Source: Octopus vulgaris
Taxonomy: Eukaryota
Direction of reading: 5' to 3'
NCBI GenBank assembly: GCA_951406725.2
Contig: OX597816.1
Location: forward strand, 161,572,001-161,636,000
DNA: 64,000 nt
A model generated the notes under the pieces. The model saw only the letters and a list, made by a program, of their open reading frames with translations. It was not told the DNA's origin and did no database searches. This document shows positions 26,873 to 38,671 of this stretch, piece after piece. The position numbers and the translations under genes are program-made. Position 1 is the stretch's first letter; every line of letters starts with the position of its first letter.

Positions 26873-27076
26873 ACCACGTGTGTACCGTTGGTGATTTTTT
26901 TCCCTCCGTCTTCCCTTCATTGGATCTTTCCTCTCCCTATGTTTCTGAGGAAGAGCTCTGCTCGAAACGTTAAATCCTCCTTCTTTCTTTCCTTTCCTGA
27001 GAGTCCAATAACACTATACTTGTTCCATGTCCTCGCGTTGTGTTTTCTCTTTATGTTTTCATGTTTGGATTAACTA
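26868..27076 (+). mobile_element. Penelope-like pseudo-LTR fragment inserted in (TA)n
   Basis: ~210-bp pyrimidine-rich unit flanked by TA repeats on both sides, carrying a minimal hammerhead motif. Confidence 0.6.
26941..26975 (+). ncRNA. Minimal type I hammerhead ribozyme motif
   Basis: GUUU-CUGAGGA-A-GAGC(UCU)GCUC-GAAA-CG-UU-AAAU: core boxes, stem II, palindromic ACGU stem III, short stem I. Confidence 0.65.
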
Positions 27077-27764
27077 TATATATATAATTTGATAGCATCA
27101 ACTGTCTGCTTTGTGTGTGTGTGTGTGTGTTTCTAAAAGAATTGTATTTCTTTAAAGAAAGTAGTGAAATATAATATAAAATTTTGTTATTACTTTATTA
27201 AATCATTTTCCCATTGTAGCCTATTTTACAGTGTTTTAAGTAGTTTCAGATGAAATTCTACTAGAACTTGTGTAAACAAACAAACACCCACCACACTGCG
27301 TTTTCAAAATTGTCACATCTGTGATACAAACACGACTTCATACTATTATTTAGCTATGGCGTCCTGGCTGGGATAAGCTGTATTTTGCACTTAATGACCT
27401 TGCAGAATCTTTCCCCTCTATTAACAAATAAAAATACCACAAAAGTTGGGATGAGTCTCTATTGAAGTTAGTAACTTTTTACACAATGCTTTGAATATTT
27501 GTACCATTTGTCCTCTCCTGGCTTCCGCATCTGAAAATCGTTCACCTAAATCCCAACCTTCCCCTCATGTTTAACTTAAAAATAGCTCTGTCATAAAGGA
27601 CCAACAACTCTTTTTATTTTTCTTGTAACCTAATCTTTCTGACCAGTAATTTCATTGAATAATTTCCTCAGTTTCATTCGATTCATTCCTCCAGTTTTTC
27701 TTTTTAGATTTTTTTAAATATATATTTATGCTTTATTATTTTTTTCTTTCTTAATTTCCTCTTA

Positions 27765-27804
27765 ATGAATTGTTTTTTTTTATCTTCTCCCATTTCAGGT
27801 AAGT
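27765..27804 (+). promoter_or_regulatory. Candidate recursive splice site (polypyrimidine-CAG|GTAAGT)
   Basis: TTTTTTTTATCTTCTCCCATTTCAG|GTAAGT: strong acceptor directly abutting a perfect donor, on the same strand as the RING exon. Confidence 0.45.
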
Positions 27805-28233
27805 TTCAACATTCATGTTTTGTTTGTGTTCCAACAAAAAGAAAAAAAAAAAAAAAAAAGAAAGAACACACCACTAAAGCCAAGTACAGGAAATCCAAAC
27901 TGTTTTCATATTTGGTTCATGATTCCCAATAGTAAGGTATGTATGGTATGAATTCTTTCTGAAAAAAATAAATAAATAAACAAAGGAAAAAGGTTATTGA
28001 GGACATTTTAAGAACAAGTGTTTTTGTAATGTTGTGAAAGGTACAGAAGAAGGGAAGCAGAATATTAATGTTGTAGTTGGGGCCCTTTATTGTTATTTAC
28101 ACTAAGATTATTTATATTCCTAGTTGTGTTTTTTGGGGTTTTTTTTTTTTCAGCAATGATTCATTTTAACTGTAATATTTAAGTAGATTGAATTAATGGA
28201 GACTGGAAAAAGTCCATCTTGTGTGTGTATGTG

Positions 28234-28283
<50 letters not shown>

Positions 28284-28287
<4 letters not shown>

Positions 28288-28404
28288 CGTGATCACCGTG
28301 ACCGACCAGGCTATCAGATGTTGTTACACATCGCCGGTCACAATGCGCTTCACATTGTTTTAGCCTTGAAATGACGCCACCCCGCTGGCTAAGCGAGCAG
28401 GCCA
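28284..28404 (-). mobile_element. Retroposon 3' tail fragment within (TA)n
   Basis: GC-richer 120-bp insert ending (minus strand) in tandem TCACGGTGA repeats, flanked by TA tracts. Confidence 0.5.
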
Positions 28405-28417
28405 ATATCTATCTATC

Positions 28418-28455
<38 letters not shown>

Positions 28456-28555
28456 ATCATCATCATCATCATTTAACATCTGTTGTCCATACTGGCATGA
28501 CATTTATATATATATATGTGTGTGTGTGTGTATATATATATATATGTATGTATAT

Positions 28556-28960
28556 CAGGCATGTGCCATCAGTAATTACTCAGGGTAGGCAGTTGGTGAG
28601 ATTTGTGTAGTAAAACGCGCAAAAAAATAAGTGAAACACAGGTGCACAACTGAGTTAGAGGCAGAATACTTCTGCCTTTATAGCACGTAAAGGATACGTT
28701 CTAGGAATGTATGCAGCATGTGTACTACAGCAGTGCTATGCTTAGCTTTAATGCTGTGATTGAAAGGCAGGGGCAAATTATGCCCACCTAATCTACAAAA
28801 AAAATAAAATATTTTGCATTTTATGCATAGTAATCAGAGTAATCTTCATAAATTTATTGAATTGGGTGCATATTCTGCCATAAAGGGAAAATGTTACTAT
28901 CGATTTATTTTATTCAAGGTAGGCACTGCCTACCTTGCCTACCCAGGCAGCACATGTCTG
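28556..28960. mobile_element. hAT-type MITE
   Basis: TIRs CAGGCATGTGC ... GCACATGTCTG; 8-bp TSD ATGTATAT / ATGAATAT; subterminal GGTAGGCA / TGCCTACC repeats. Confidence 0.75.
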
Positions 28961-28977
28961 ATGAATATGTATGTATA

Positions 28978-29140
28978 GGCGCAGGAGTGGCTGTGTGGTA
29001 AGTAGCTTGCTAACCAACCACATGGTTCCGGGTTCAGTCCCACTGCGTGGCATCTTGGGCAAGTGTCTTCTGTTATAGCCCCGGGCCGACCAATGCCTTG
29101 TGAGTGGATTTGGTAGACGGAAACTGAAAGAAGCCTGTTG

Positions 29141-29173
<33 letters not shown>

Positions 29174-29384
29174 CTGTGTTTGTCCCCCTAGCATTGCTTG
29201 ACAACCAATGCTGGTGTGTTTACGTCCCCGTCACTTAGCGGTTCGGCAAAAGAGACCGATAGAATAAGTACTAGGCTTACAAAGAATAAGACCCGGGGTC
29301 GATTTGCTCGACTAAAGGCGGTGCTCCAGCATGGCCGCAGTCAAATGACTGAAACAAGTAAAAGAGTAAAAGAGTAAAAGAGTA
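28978..29384 (+). mobile_element. Family B tRNA-derived SINE, full length and young (CORE-like)
   Basis: A box TGGCTGTGTGG, B box GGTTCAGTCCC, CORE-like ATCTTGGGCAAGTG, internal (TA)n(TG)n, (GTAAAAGA)n tail, CpGs retained. Confidence 0.9.
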
Positions 29385-30204
29385 TATATATGTGCACCAG
29401 ACGTTAAATGATAACGATGATGATGATATATATATCATTCAACTATGGTAGTAGTTGAATGATATTCTTAAGGCCACAATTTACTCACAAGCAGCATCTT
29501 TCAGAGCTTGTCACTAATTCAGTTCTTAACCAAGTTGAAAACTGTTAACAGTTTTGAAGAGGACTAGTCCCCAGCTACATTTAGGTATAAAAAAAATTGA
29601 GATTTGATCCAGTAGAAAAAAGTATACATCAAAATTTGTAGCAACATTACAGGAGAGTAACACCACCAATCAAGTTTAGATCTAAACTTTTTTAGTTTGA
29701 AAGCAAAATATATTTATCTTAGCTTCAATGATAGAAGAAAGCATGAAAAATTTCATAGTTTTGTTCCCATGCAACAAAAATTTCTATCGAAAAGGTTGAG
29801 GTAAAATATCATGAAAAAATATAAGTAAGGCAAAAAATTGGATGTAAGTATAATTAACTTTTTTTATTTAAAAAACAACCATGCATGTACATACATATTT
29901 ATACATGCACACACACATACACGATAGAATTTTTTAGTTTCCATCTACCAATATCACACAAGGTTATTATTGGTTGACCCATGGCTATACTATATGACGC
30001 TACCCCGATAACATTCATACATCATTCATGCAAGGAGATTGAACTGCCACCCACTTGGCTCTGGAGTAAATTTCTCTAATGATATAAGAAATCATTTCCA
30101 TCTCTTCAATTTAAGAATTAGCTTAAGTTTGACATATCTGACTTTTCTGTTTTGTAGTAATTTCAGAAACAAATGATATCGTCACATCCTAAACAAAAAA
30201 ACAA

Positions 30205-30257
<53 letters not shown>

Positions 30258-31884
30258 ATAGAAGACAGGAAAAATGAAGTAGCTGTTACCAGTGTTCAGA
30301 AAAGTTTACAGATGATTTCCTATTTTAACACCAATTGTTAGTTTTGTTTTCGTTTTTGTGTTTTGTTTGTGTGTTTGTGTGTGTTTGCTTTAACAGTAGA
30401 AATTGTCAATGTCAGAAAATTGTCTGAATGACAATCGAGTTGGATTTTCAAGTATTTAATTCTGTTTGGTGTGATATTTTTTTTTTCTTCTTTTACTTCA
30501 TTTAAGCGATATCTATTCAATTTTGGCAAGTGTAGAAATGTTTAAATTCATTTCACTGATTCACTAACTTCAATTCTAAATATGCATAAACTCAATTTAG
30601 CTGAAATAATAGAAACAGAATTAAGAAGACACTAAATGTTTTTCTTTTTCCTTTTTCATGTACACACACACATGCACACACAACTATATATCTCACAAAT
30701 TGTTGCTTAACCCTAGGTTAGTCCTGATTAAGTAGACAGTATGGTAATATACAAAAAGTGGGTTAAGTGAAATATAAGCGAAAGAACTTTTACATGTTTT
30801 AGAAATTAATTTTCTCTCTTCTTAATAATGAAAATCTTACAGTTTGGTAAATGGATTATTGTATCACAGATCCACTGACTGGAATAATACATTTGTCTTG
30901 GGGTCTATCTCTAATTGAAAGAAGCTGCTTTCATCATCATTATCATCATTGTCATTGCCGTCATCATCTTCATCATTGTAATCATCATCATTATCATCAT
31001 CATCATCATCATCATTTCTTTTAATGTCCACTTTTCCATGCTTGCAAGAGTCAGATTGAATTCATGGAGACAGACTTTCTGCAACCGGATGGATGCCCTT
31101 CCAGTTACCAACCTTCATTTGTTTCCAAGAAAGAGTAATAATATTTCCCTATGGTTAGATATGTTTCTATGGAAGATTGGAAACAAATGACACTACTTGT
31201 ACAACAGTGACACTCATTTACAACTATTATTACATCTTTTTAATAATGATAATTCACATTTATAAAATCTCACCAATTTCAGTAGCTAAAACAAAAACTA
31301 TGGGAAGGTCTTCAACACGTTATTTTATTCGTGAGTTTATTTTAGCTCCTTGAATATTTTTGACTTTGTGTCATTTGTTTTTATGTCCATTTTTCCTTGT
31401 TAGCATGTGATAAATGAATGTTATTGAGGTATTGCCTGTATTTCAATTTAGGGATCCTTTATTCACATAGCTTCAAAGGCACCGAGTGAGTGGTTGATTT
31501 ATTGGCAAGAGATGTTCCAAGTAGAACACTGTCGTATAAGCAGGTAAAAATGTAAATAATACACTTATATACAAGTGCATGTGCACACACACACATTCAC
31601 ATGCATACATTTATATGTGTGTATGATAGGCTTTTTCTGTTTCCATCCTACCAAATTGACTCACAAGACATTTGTTGGTTCAGGGGCTCGTTTAAGGTGT
31701 TATGCAGTAGGACTGAACTCCAGACCACATAACTGCAGTGCCAAGCCACTTACTAAATTAAAAGATGAGAATAAAGAGGAAGAAGTATTTAGTAAACTGT
31801 AAATTTATTTAATGCAACAAGGACCATCTGTAGAATGAATCTTGTAGGTTTGTTGTTGAGTTCTTGGAATTTATGCATGTCACC

Positions 31885-32211
31885 TGACTGGTCCCATGCC
31901 AGTGGCACATAAACAGCACCATTCCAGCATGTTTGTTGCCAGTGTCGCCTGACTGGCTCCCATGCTGGTGGCATGTAAAAAGCATTATCCAAGCATGGTC
32001 GATGCCAGTACTGCTTGACTGGCTCTTGTGCCAGTGGCATGTAAAAAGCACCCGCTACACTCTCATAGTGGTTGGTGTTAGGAGGAGCATCCAGCTGTAG
32101 AAACTTTGCCAGATCGGATTGGAGCCTGGTGCAGCCATCTGGCTTGCCAGCCCTCAATCAAACCATCCAACCCATGCCAGCATGGAAAGCAGGCGTTAAA
32201 TGACGATGATG
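31885..32211 (+). mobile_element. Family C retroposon with three head units
   Basis: Tandem GACTGGYTCC..GTGGCA..AAAAGCA units followed by the RTE-like body. Confidence 0.8.
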
Positions 32212-32306
32212 AAACTCAAAATTTGACTTGTTTCTTCACAGTATTCCAATTTCGTTTCAAATACTTCCGCTTACAAAGGTTTCTTTAGCCAAATCAACTG
32301 CATTAA

Positions 32307-32523
32307 CCCTTTTGTTACCATATTTTTGTTGAAATACATTACCTTAATTTCAGTTAATTTTTAAAATAATGAAGAATTTAGTAAAATAACTCGTTATAAA
32401 TCTGGTGTTTGAAACATAAACTATCATTAAATTTTGATAGAAGTTTTTAATTCAAATCGGTTTAAAACAAGGAATCTCCACCAAAGAACCTTGGACAGTT
32501 TCAGGTGGGTTGGCACCAAAGCA
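32307..32523. mobile_element. piggyBac-like MITE (diverged)
   Basis: TTAA-CCCTTTTGTTACC start; body matches the 63104-63828 copies. Confidence 0.65.
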
Positions 32524-33427
32524 TTTACTTACTTTTGAAAGTATGTTTGAAGTATTAACCATTCCAATGACTACATAACAATAAAAATCAAGCATTTGTC
32601 AGTTCTCAGTTAAATTGTATCTACCTTAGGAATTTATTTTGTTAAGAATTTATTGAGGTGCTATCAGTGTTGTTCGTTGCTAATTAAGTTCTGTGTTCGC
32701 ATTGTTAGGTCTGAACAATTTCTTTAACTTAACAAGAATATAATGCAGGAAGTGCCAGCAACAATAATGAAGGGGTTAGCACGCCAAAAATGAAGGTGCT
32801 TGTAGCAGAATCCGTTCTGTTAGAAACAGTTAAATTAGACAGATGGTTAGGAAATCTCTTGATGATAGGCCAATAAAATGGAATATCTTGCGCTATGTGC
32901 GAATGAAGCTTTATCCATTTAGTCATTTGTGACTCCTTAGAATAGTTTCACAATAGAAAGAATTCTAATAATTCTCTAATTATGTTTGCTGTTTGAATCA
33001 GGAAGAAGAGATTTCCCTTATTAAAACATTTATCTTTAGATAATCTGCAGAAGATGCCTCCTTACAGCTTTTATTCCATCAATAGAATTTGTTAAGCACT
33101 TCCTCTGCGATGAAATTACTATTCCACTGCCAGTCATTAAATGTTGCCTTTACAGCATGTAATGAATTTTTTTTTTTTTGGTAATATTTTTGTATAATAA
33201 TATCATTGATAATGATTTATGGTAGCATGAATACAACTGTCATACTTGAAAATGATATTTGCTACAGCAGAAAACCTTGAAGCACTCAAAAGGCTTTCAT
33301 TTTTTATATTTAATAACATTGTGTTTTCATGTATTTTTAATGTGTGGGCATACATTTAACCCAAGACATCCACAAAGATAATGTTTGAAAATGAATATAT
33401 CTACCCATGACTGAAACTTTTTTAGTT

Positions 33428-33648
33428 TCTTATTCCTTTATTGCCCACAAGGGGCTAAACATAGAGGCAACAAACAAGGGCAGACAAAGGGATTATGTCG
33501 ATTACATCAGCCCCAGTGCATAACTGGTACTTAATTTATCGACCCTGAAAGGATGAAAGGCAAAGTCGACCTCGGTGGAATTTGAACTTAGAACATTAGA
33601 GCAGATGTTTCGCGCAGCGTGCTAACGTTTCTGTCAGCTCACCGCCTT
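33428..33648 (-). mobile_element. Family A SINE with alternative 3' tail
   Basis: Reverse Meta-like core; tail TTATTGCCCACAAGGGGCTAAACATAGAGG also at 52310 and 62405. Confidence 0.85.
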
Positions 33649-34165
33649 TAAACTAAACTAAAACTTTTTTACTTTTAAACTTTTTACTTTTTTACTTTTA
33701 AACTTTTAGTTTAAAACTTTTGAACTAAAACTTTTTTAGTTTCTCACAGCATGTTAGGCAAGTGTCTCCTCTTATAGGCACTGGACTGACCAAATCTTTA
33801 CGAGTGGATTTGGTAGAAGCAAAGTGAAAGAAGCCCATAGTATAATTGTGTGTGTGTGTCTATGTGTGTGCGTGTGCACCCTTATCTAGACATTACATTA
33901 TAGTTACAAATGTGCTTCATTGTCTTACAAGCAAGCTTGTTTGTTTCCATGAAAGATGTGTCTAGCTATGAGAAAAATATTATTTTGCTTGGAAACAGCT
34001 GAAGGGTTGGTGACAGAAATAGCATGTGGCAGAAGAAAACATGCATGATGATGATGATGGATAATGACAACGATGATGAGAACAATCATCATCAGCATCA
34101 TCATCATCATCACCATCATGGGGGTGGGTAAACACAGACACACAAACACACACACACACATATTT

Positions 34166-34376
34166 TGTTTCTACTCTAGGCACAAGACCCAAAATTTTGG
34201 GGTGGGGGCCAGTCGATTAGATCAACTCCAGTACACAATTGGTACAGTTTATCCACCCTGAAAGGATGAAAGGCAAAGTCAACCTTGGTGGAATTTGAAC
34301 TCAGAATGTAAAGACAGACGAAATACCACTGAGCATTTCGCCCAGCGTGCTAACATTTCTGCCAGCTCACTGCCTT
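34166..34376 (-). mobile_element. Family A SINE
   Basis: Full reverse copy, TTTCTACTCTAGGCACAAG...CTGCCAGCTCACTGCCTT. Confidence 0.88.
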
Positions 34377-34392
34377 CACACACACACACACA

Positions 34393-34455
<63 letters not shown>

Positions 34456-34477
34456 ACACACACACATAAATATACAA

Positions 34478-34625
34478 TGAGCTTCTTTCAGTTTCCATCT
34501 ACCATATACACTCACAAGGCTTTGGTTGGCCTGAGGCTATAGTAGAAGACACTTGACCAAGGTGTCATGAAGTGGGACTGAACCCGGAACCATGCGGTTA
34601 GTAAGCAAGCTACTTAACATACAAT
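34478..34625 (-). mobile_element. Family B SINE 5' half
   Basis: Reverse head GGGACTGAACCCGGAACCATG. Confidence 0.8.
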
Positions 34626-35089
34626 TATCACATGTCATTTGTCTTATAATACAAACAAGTAAAGAAGAAATCAATACCTTTAAAAAAAAAACAATAAAAA
34701 ACTCCTTGTTATACAATATCGCCTCTATTCCGACTGGAAATCTTAGATAAGAAAGCAAAATGACATTTTCATTGTAAAATTGATATAAAACTCATTTCCC
34801 GAAGCCTTGAATTTTTTTTTTTTATCAACTTGGTCATATCTCTATGTTGTCTTTTTATTTTATTTTGTTAGTTTACTTTTTTAGTTATTTTATTTTTTTG
34901 AAGAAGACAGACGTTTGAATATTTTGTAGGATTTATATATTTAATGTTAAGTATTGTTGTTGTCATAGTGTTGTTGTGTATTGTTGGTGTTGTTGTTGTT
35001 GTTGTTGTTGTGTATTGTTGGTGTTGTTAGTAAGTGGAAGATGAACAACATGTGTTAACTGATGGTAATGAAGCAGATAGGAGAGGTTG

Positions 35090-35395
35090 ATACCATCATC
35101 ATCATCTTTTTCTCCTATTTCTCCTCGGTTCTCCCTTCCGACTCTTTTCTCCTCCTCCTCCTCTCTTCTTCATCTTCTCTTCCTCCTCTTCTCTTTATTT
35201 GCTCCTCTTACTCTCCTCCTCTTCTCCACTTCTCTGCTCCTTATCTCATCTTCTCAGCCTCTTTTTCATCTGCTCTGCTTTTTCTTCATCCTCCTCTCTT
35301 TCCACTCCCTCTTCCTCCACTTCTCCCCTTCTATCCTTCTCCTCCTCTTCTATGCCCCTCTTTTATCTTCCCCTTCTCTCTGCCTCCTCCTCATC
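35090..35395. repeat. Polypyrimidine (CT/CCT) low-complexity tract
   Basis: Directly visible. Confidence 0.85.
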
Positions 35396-35839
35396 ACATA
35401 ACCAACAACAAAAAAATATAGCAATATACTATAGCAATAGGACAAACATAGAACAAACGGTGTTCCCAGACGTGCTTCAAATCTAGTAGGGGCCAACTTG
35501 GGGCTCCAGGCCAGAATTCTAACATGGCATTCACACGGCAATGTACTACCATGTAAATCTCTCACTCCACTCACCAATGTCAGGCTTTGAAATGTGACGA
35601 AACTATTACAAATACTTGGGTATTATACCAAGTGATAACTTTCTTTAAACATCTTTGCAGATTTCTGTTGTGGGATAAAAGTTAGCAAAGTAAAACAAAA
35701 TCTGCCAACTGAGATTAAAAACCAGCTTTGAAATCAATTTACCTTATCTATTTGGCTATGTATATTGCACACAGAGGAATAGAAAACTTTTTATTACAAG
35801 CCAAAATTGAGTCAGCTATTTTTTTATTTATTTATTTAT

Positions 35840-35858
35840 ATATTTATTATTATTATCA

Positions 35859-35905
<47 letters not shown>

Positions 35906-35920
35906 TTATTATTATTATTA

Positions 35921-35976
<56 letters not shown>

Positions 35977-35977
35977 T
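35840..35977. repeat. (ATT)n microsatellite
   Basis: Directly visible. Confidence 0.95.
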
Positions 35978-36894
35978 AATTTTTTTTTTTTGTTAAATTG
36001 TTTAGAGTTTCCAGATGTTTCTAAAAAGTATTTTGTTGAAAAAAAGTTATTTGATTGAGTAGGAATAAGAAGAATGGGAAAGTTTGAAAAAAAAAAAAAA
36101 TTGTTTTTTTTTCTTACATACATTATTAGAATGAAATATTTTTTATGAGAAAAATGTATTACAAATGTATGAGTGGTAAATACTAAGGAATATCTTAATG
36201 CATTCATAATGTGTGTAATGTATATTAGTTAAACCCCCCCACACACACACACATTTAAACCTCTCTCTCTCTCTTTTGTCTTTATCGTTTACTTGGTTCA
36301 GTCATTAGACTGTGGCCATGCTGTTATGTTATAGGAATGTAAACCATACCGATACCAGTTGTCATCAAGCAGTGGTGGGAGACACACAGACACACAAAAT
36401 ATGAAAGAAAATGGAATTCACAACACTCTTTGTTATTCACTACGATTGTTTCGACCCTTTGTGCATTGTTGCTTCCAGGCCAGTTGTGGGGCATCATAGA
36501 TGCAGATGTTTCTCATCCGGTGACTTGTCAAAAGGCACCTAAGATTTTAATCCCCGATTTGCTTATTTGGATTAGAATACATTTTGGTAGTCATAGTTCG
36601 CTACACATCTACACAAGAAGTTTTATATACATCAGTGGTTCCCAAAGTGGGCAGTGCTGCCTCCCTGGGGGTGGTGGAAAGATCTAGTGGGGGTGTTGAA
36701 GGGAAGTGGGATGATAATGGGGTGGCTGTGTGGTAAGTCGCTTGCTTACCAACCACATGGTTCCAGGTTCAATGCTACTTTTGTTTATAAGTTCCAGGAG
36801 GACATCTCCTCCAGCTGGTTAACGACACACTGTATGTGTCCAATTAGTATTTCCAAAGGGAAATCATCATTCCCATCTCTAGCCTTACATGAAA

Positions 36895-36939
36895 CACACG
36901 GACTCAGGTTTCTGGATAGCAACCCATCATCAGCGTGTG
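36895..36939 (-). ncRNA. Type I hammerhead ribozyme
   Basis: Minus strand CACACG-CUGAUGA-UGGG(UUGCUA)UCCA-GAAA-C(CUGA)G-UC-CGUGUG: perfect 6-bp stem I, intact core, GUC cleavage triplet. Confidence 0.85.
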
Positions 36940-37185
36940 ACAATCACCAGCTAGCAATGCAAACTCATTCCAAACGCAAAATACTATATGCATTTCCAGT
37001 TACAAACTGTCACTGATCAAACTGTCCGCCACATTTAGGTGGCAAATATACTTCACGGTTCCATGCTGCTCAGAGATTTATTATTTCTTGTTTCTCCTTT
37101 TTCGAAATCAGCGACAGTTTGTCACTGGTAAAAGCATAAAGCATTTTGTGTTTGGAATGAGTTTTCATCCCTAGCCAGTGATTGT

Positions 37186-37230
37186 CACATGCTGATGATG
37201 GGGTACTACTCAGAAACCCAGGTCTGTGTG
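37186..37230 (+). ncRNA. Type I hammerhead ribozyme
   Basis: CACAUG-CUGAUGA-UGGG(GUACUA)CUCA-GAAA-CC(CA)GG-UC-UGUGUG: intact core, stems kept through GU wobbles, predicted cleavage after C37224. Confidence 0.82.
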
Positions 37231-38189
37231 TATCGCATAAGGCTAGAGATGACAACGATGATTTCCCTTCGCAAATACTAATCGGACACAGACAGTGTGT
37301 CATTAGCCAGCTGGAGGAGATGTCCTCCTGGGGCTATAGCCAACAGTAGCATCACCCTCTATGGGTCTGCCACGTTTTGGTGGCAAATATCTTAATCTTA
37401 AATGTATATTATTAATTCAAGTCCCCCCCCCCACACACTTAAATGCCTTTCTTTCTCTTTTTTCAATGAATTCAACATCTTCATTGATAAAAGGAATTTA
37501 GAATTTAGGCTGTTTGCTGAGTGAGAAACACAATTCGACCCAATACTCACAATTCTAATCTGATGATTAGCACAATGATACTTCTAGCTACGAGAATATT
37601 ATCTGTAAGATTTCCTTTCCTTCAAGTTGAGAAAGAGAGAGAGAGAGAGACAGAGACAGAGTGACAGAGAAGGAGGTGGTGGGGGAGTTGTATTCATAAT
37701 TTAGGCATTGTTTCTTCTCCATGAAGGTCACTAAAATAACCCATTCTTCATGACTAAGAAAACTTTACAAACGCAAAAAGAGAGGAAGAATGATTCTTTG
37801 TTTATTGGTTGGTCGTAGGTCATAAGACTAACCTAAAATGAATGCTATGAGAAGGGTGGGAGTGGGTGGGTGGTTGGGTGGGGTGGGGGAGTTTCAGTAA
37901 ATGTTTTGGTTGTGGTTTAGTTATAGTAAGCAGAATGCTGGGATACAAGAAACTTAAGTGCTGAGTTGAACGCTGGGATACGATGATAAAATAAATAACA
38001 GAGTGCTTTATGTATTGTCAGTGCCAGTAAGCTAGTGGAATTCTAATGACAATATATTAACTATTCATCTATTTACTATAAAGAGCACTTAATAAATTTA
38101 TTTTTAATTTATATATATATATTAGCTATTAGTGACAGATACATACATACATACATACATACACACATACATACATACATATGCATTCA

Positions 38190-38221
<32 letters not shown>

Positions 38222-38594
38222 CATTCATACATACACACATATGTATGTATGTGTGTGTATGTATGTATGTATGTATGTATGTATGTGTGTATATATGTAT
38301 ATATGTGTAGAGATAGCTTTTCAGTCTTTCTGATTATGAAGCAATTACTGTTTGCATGGTTAAATTTCTTATCCTCTGATAACATTGTCCCGATTCATAT
38401 CAAGACATTCTTGGAATTATTATGTTCTTGTTGAATAGAACTGCTCTTTTATAGAATTAAATATCATCATTTACTTAGCGGAAGACAAACATTTTCTCTT
38501 CTAAAATGTTCCATAAGCTTAAAAAAAACATCCTATTGACATTATTTATACAATTCTGTTCTGTCTCTGTCTCCTCTCCTTCTTTCTCTTTCTA

Positions 38595-38632
38595 TGTGCA
38601 TATATGTGTATACACACACACACACACACATG

Positions 38633-38671
<39 letters not shown>

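Larger units (their letters stand above)
36772..37393. mobile_element. Foldback retrozyme / Penelope-like element with two hammerhead ribozymes
   Basis: 246-bp inverted arms 36772-37017 and 37107-37352; direct repeat 37024-37053 / 37365-37393 (period 341); one hammerhead per arm. Confidence 0.8.

Noticed and set aside
32720-33120. Possible transposase or integrase relic on the minus strand
   Set aside because: Coding-like composition but no motif I can identify.
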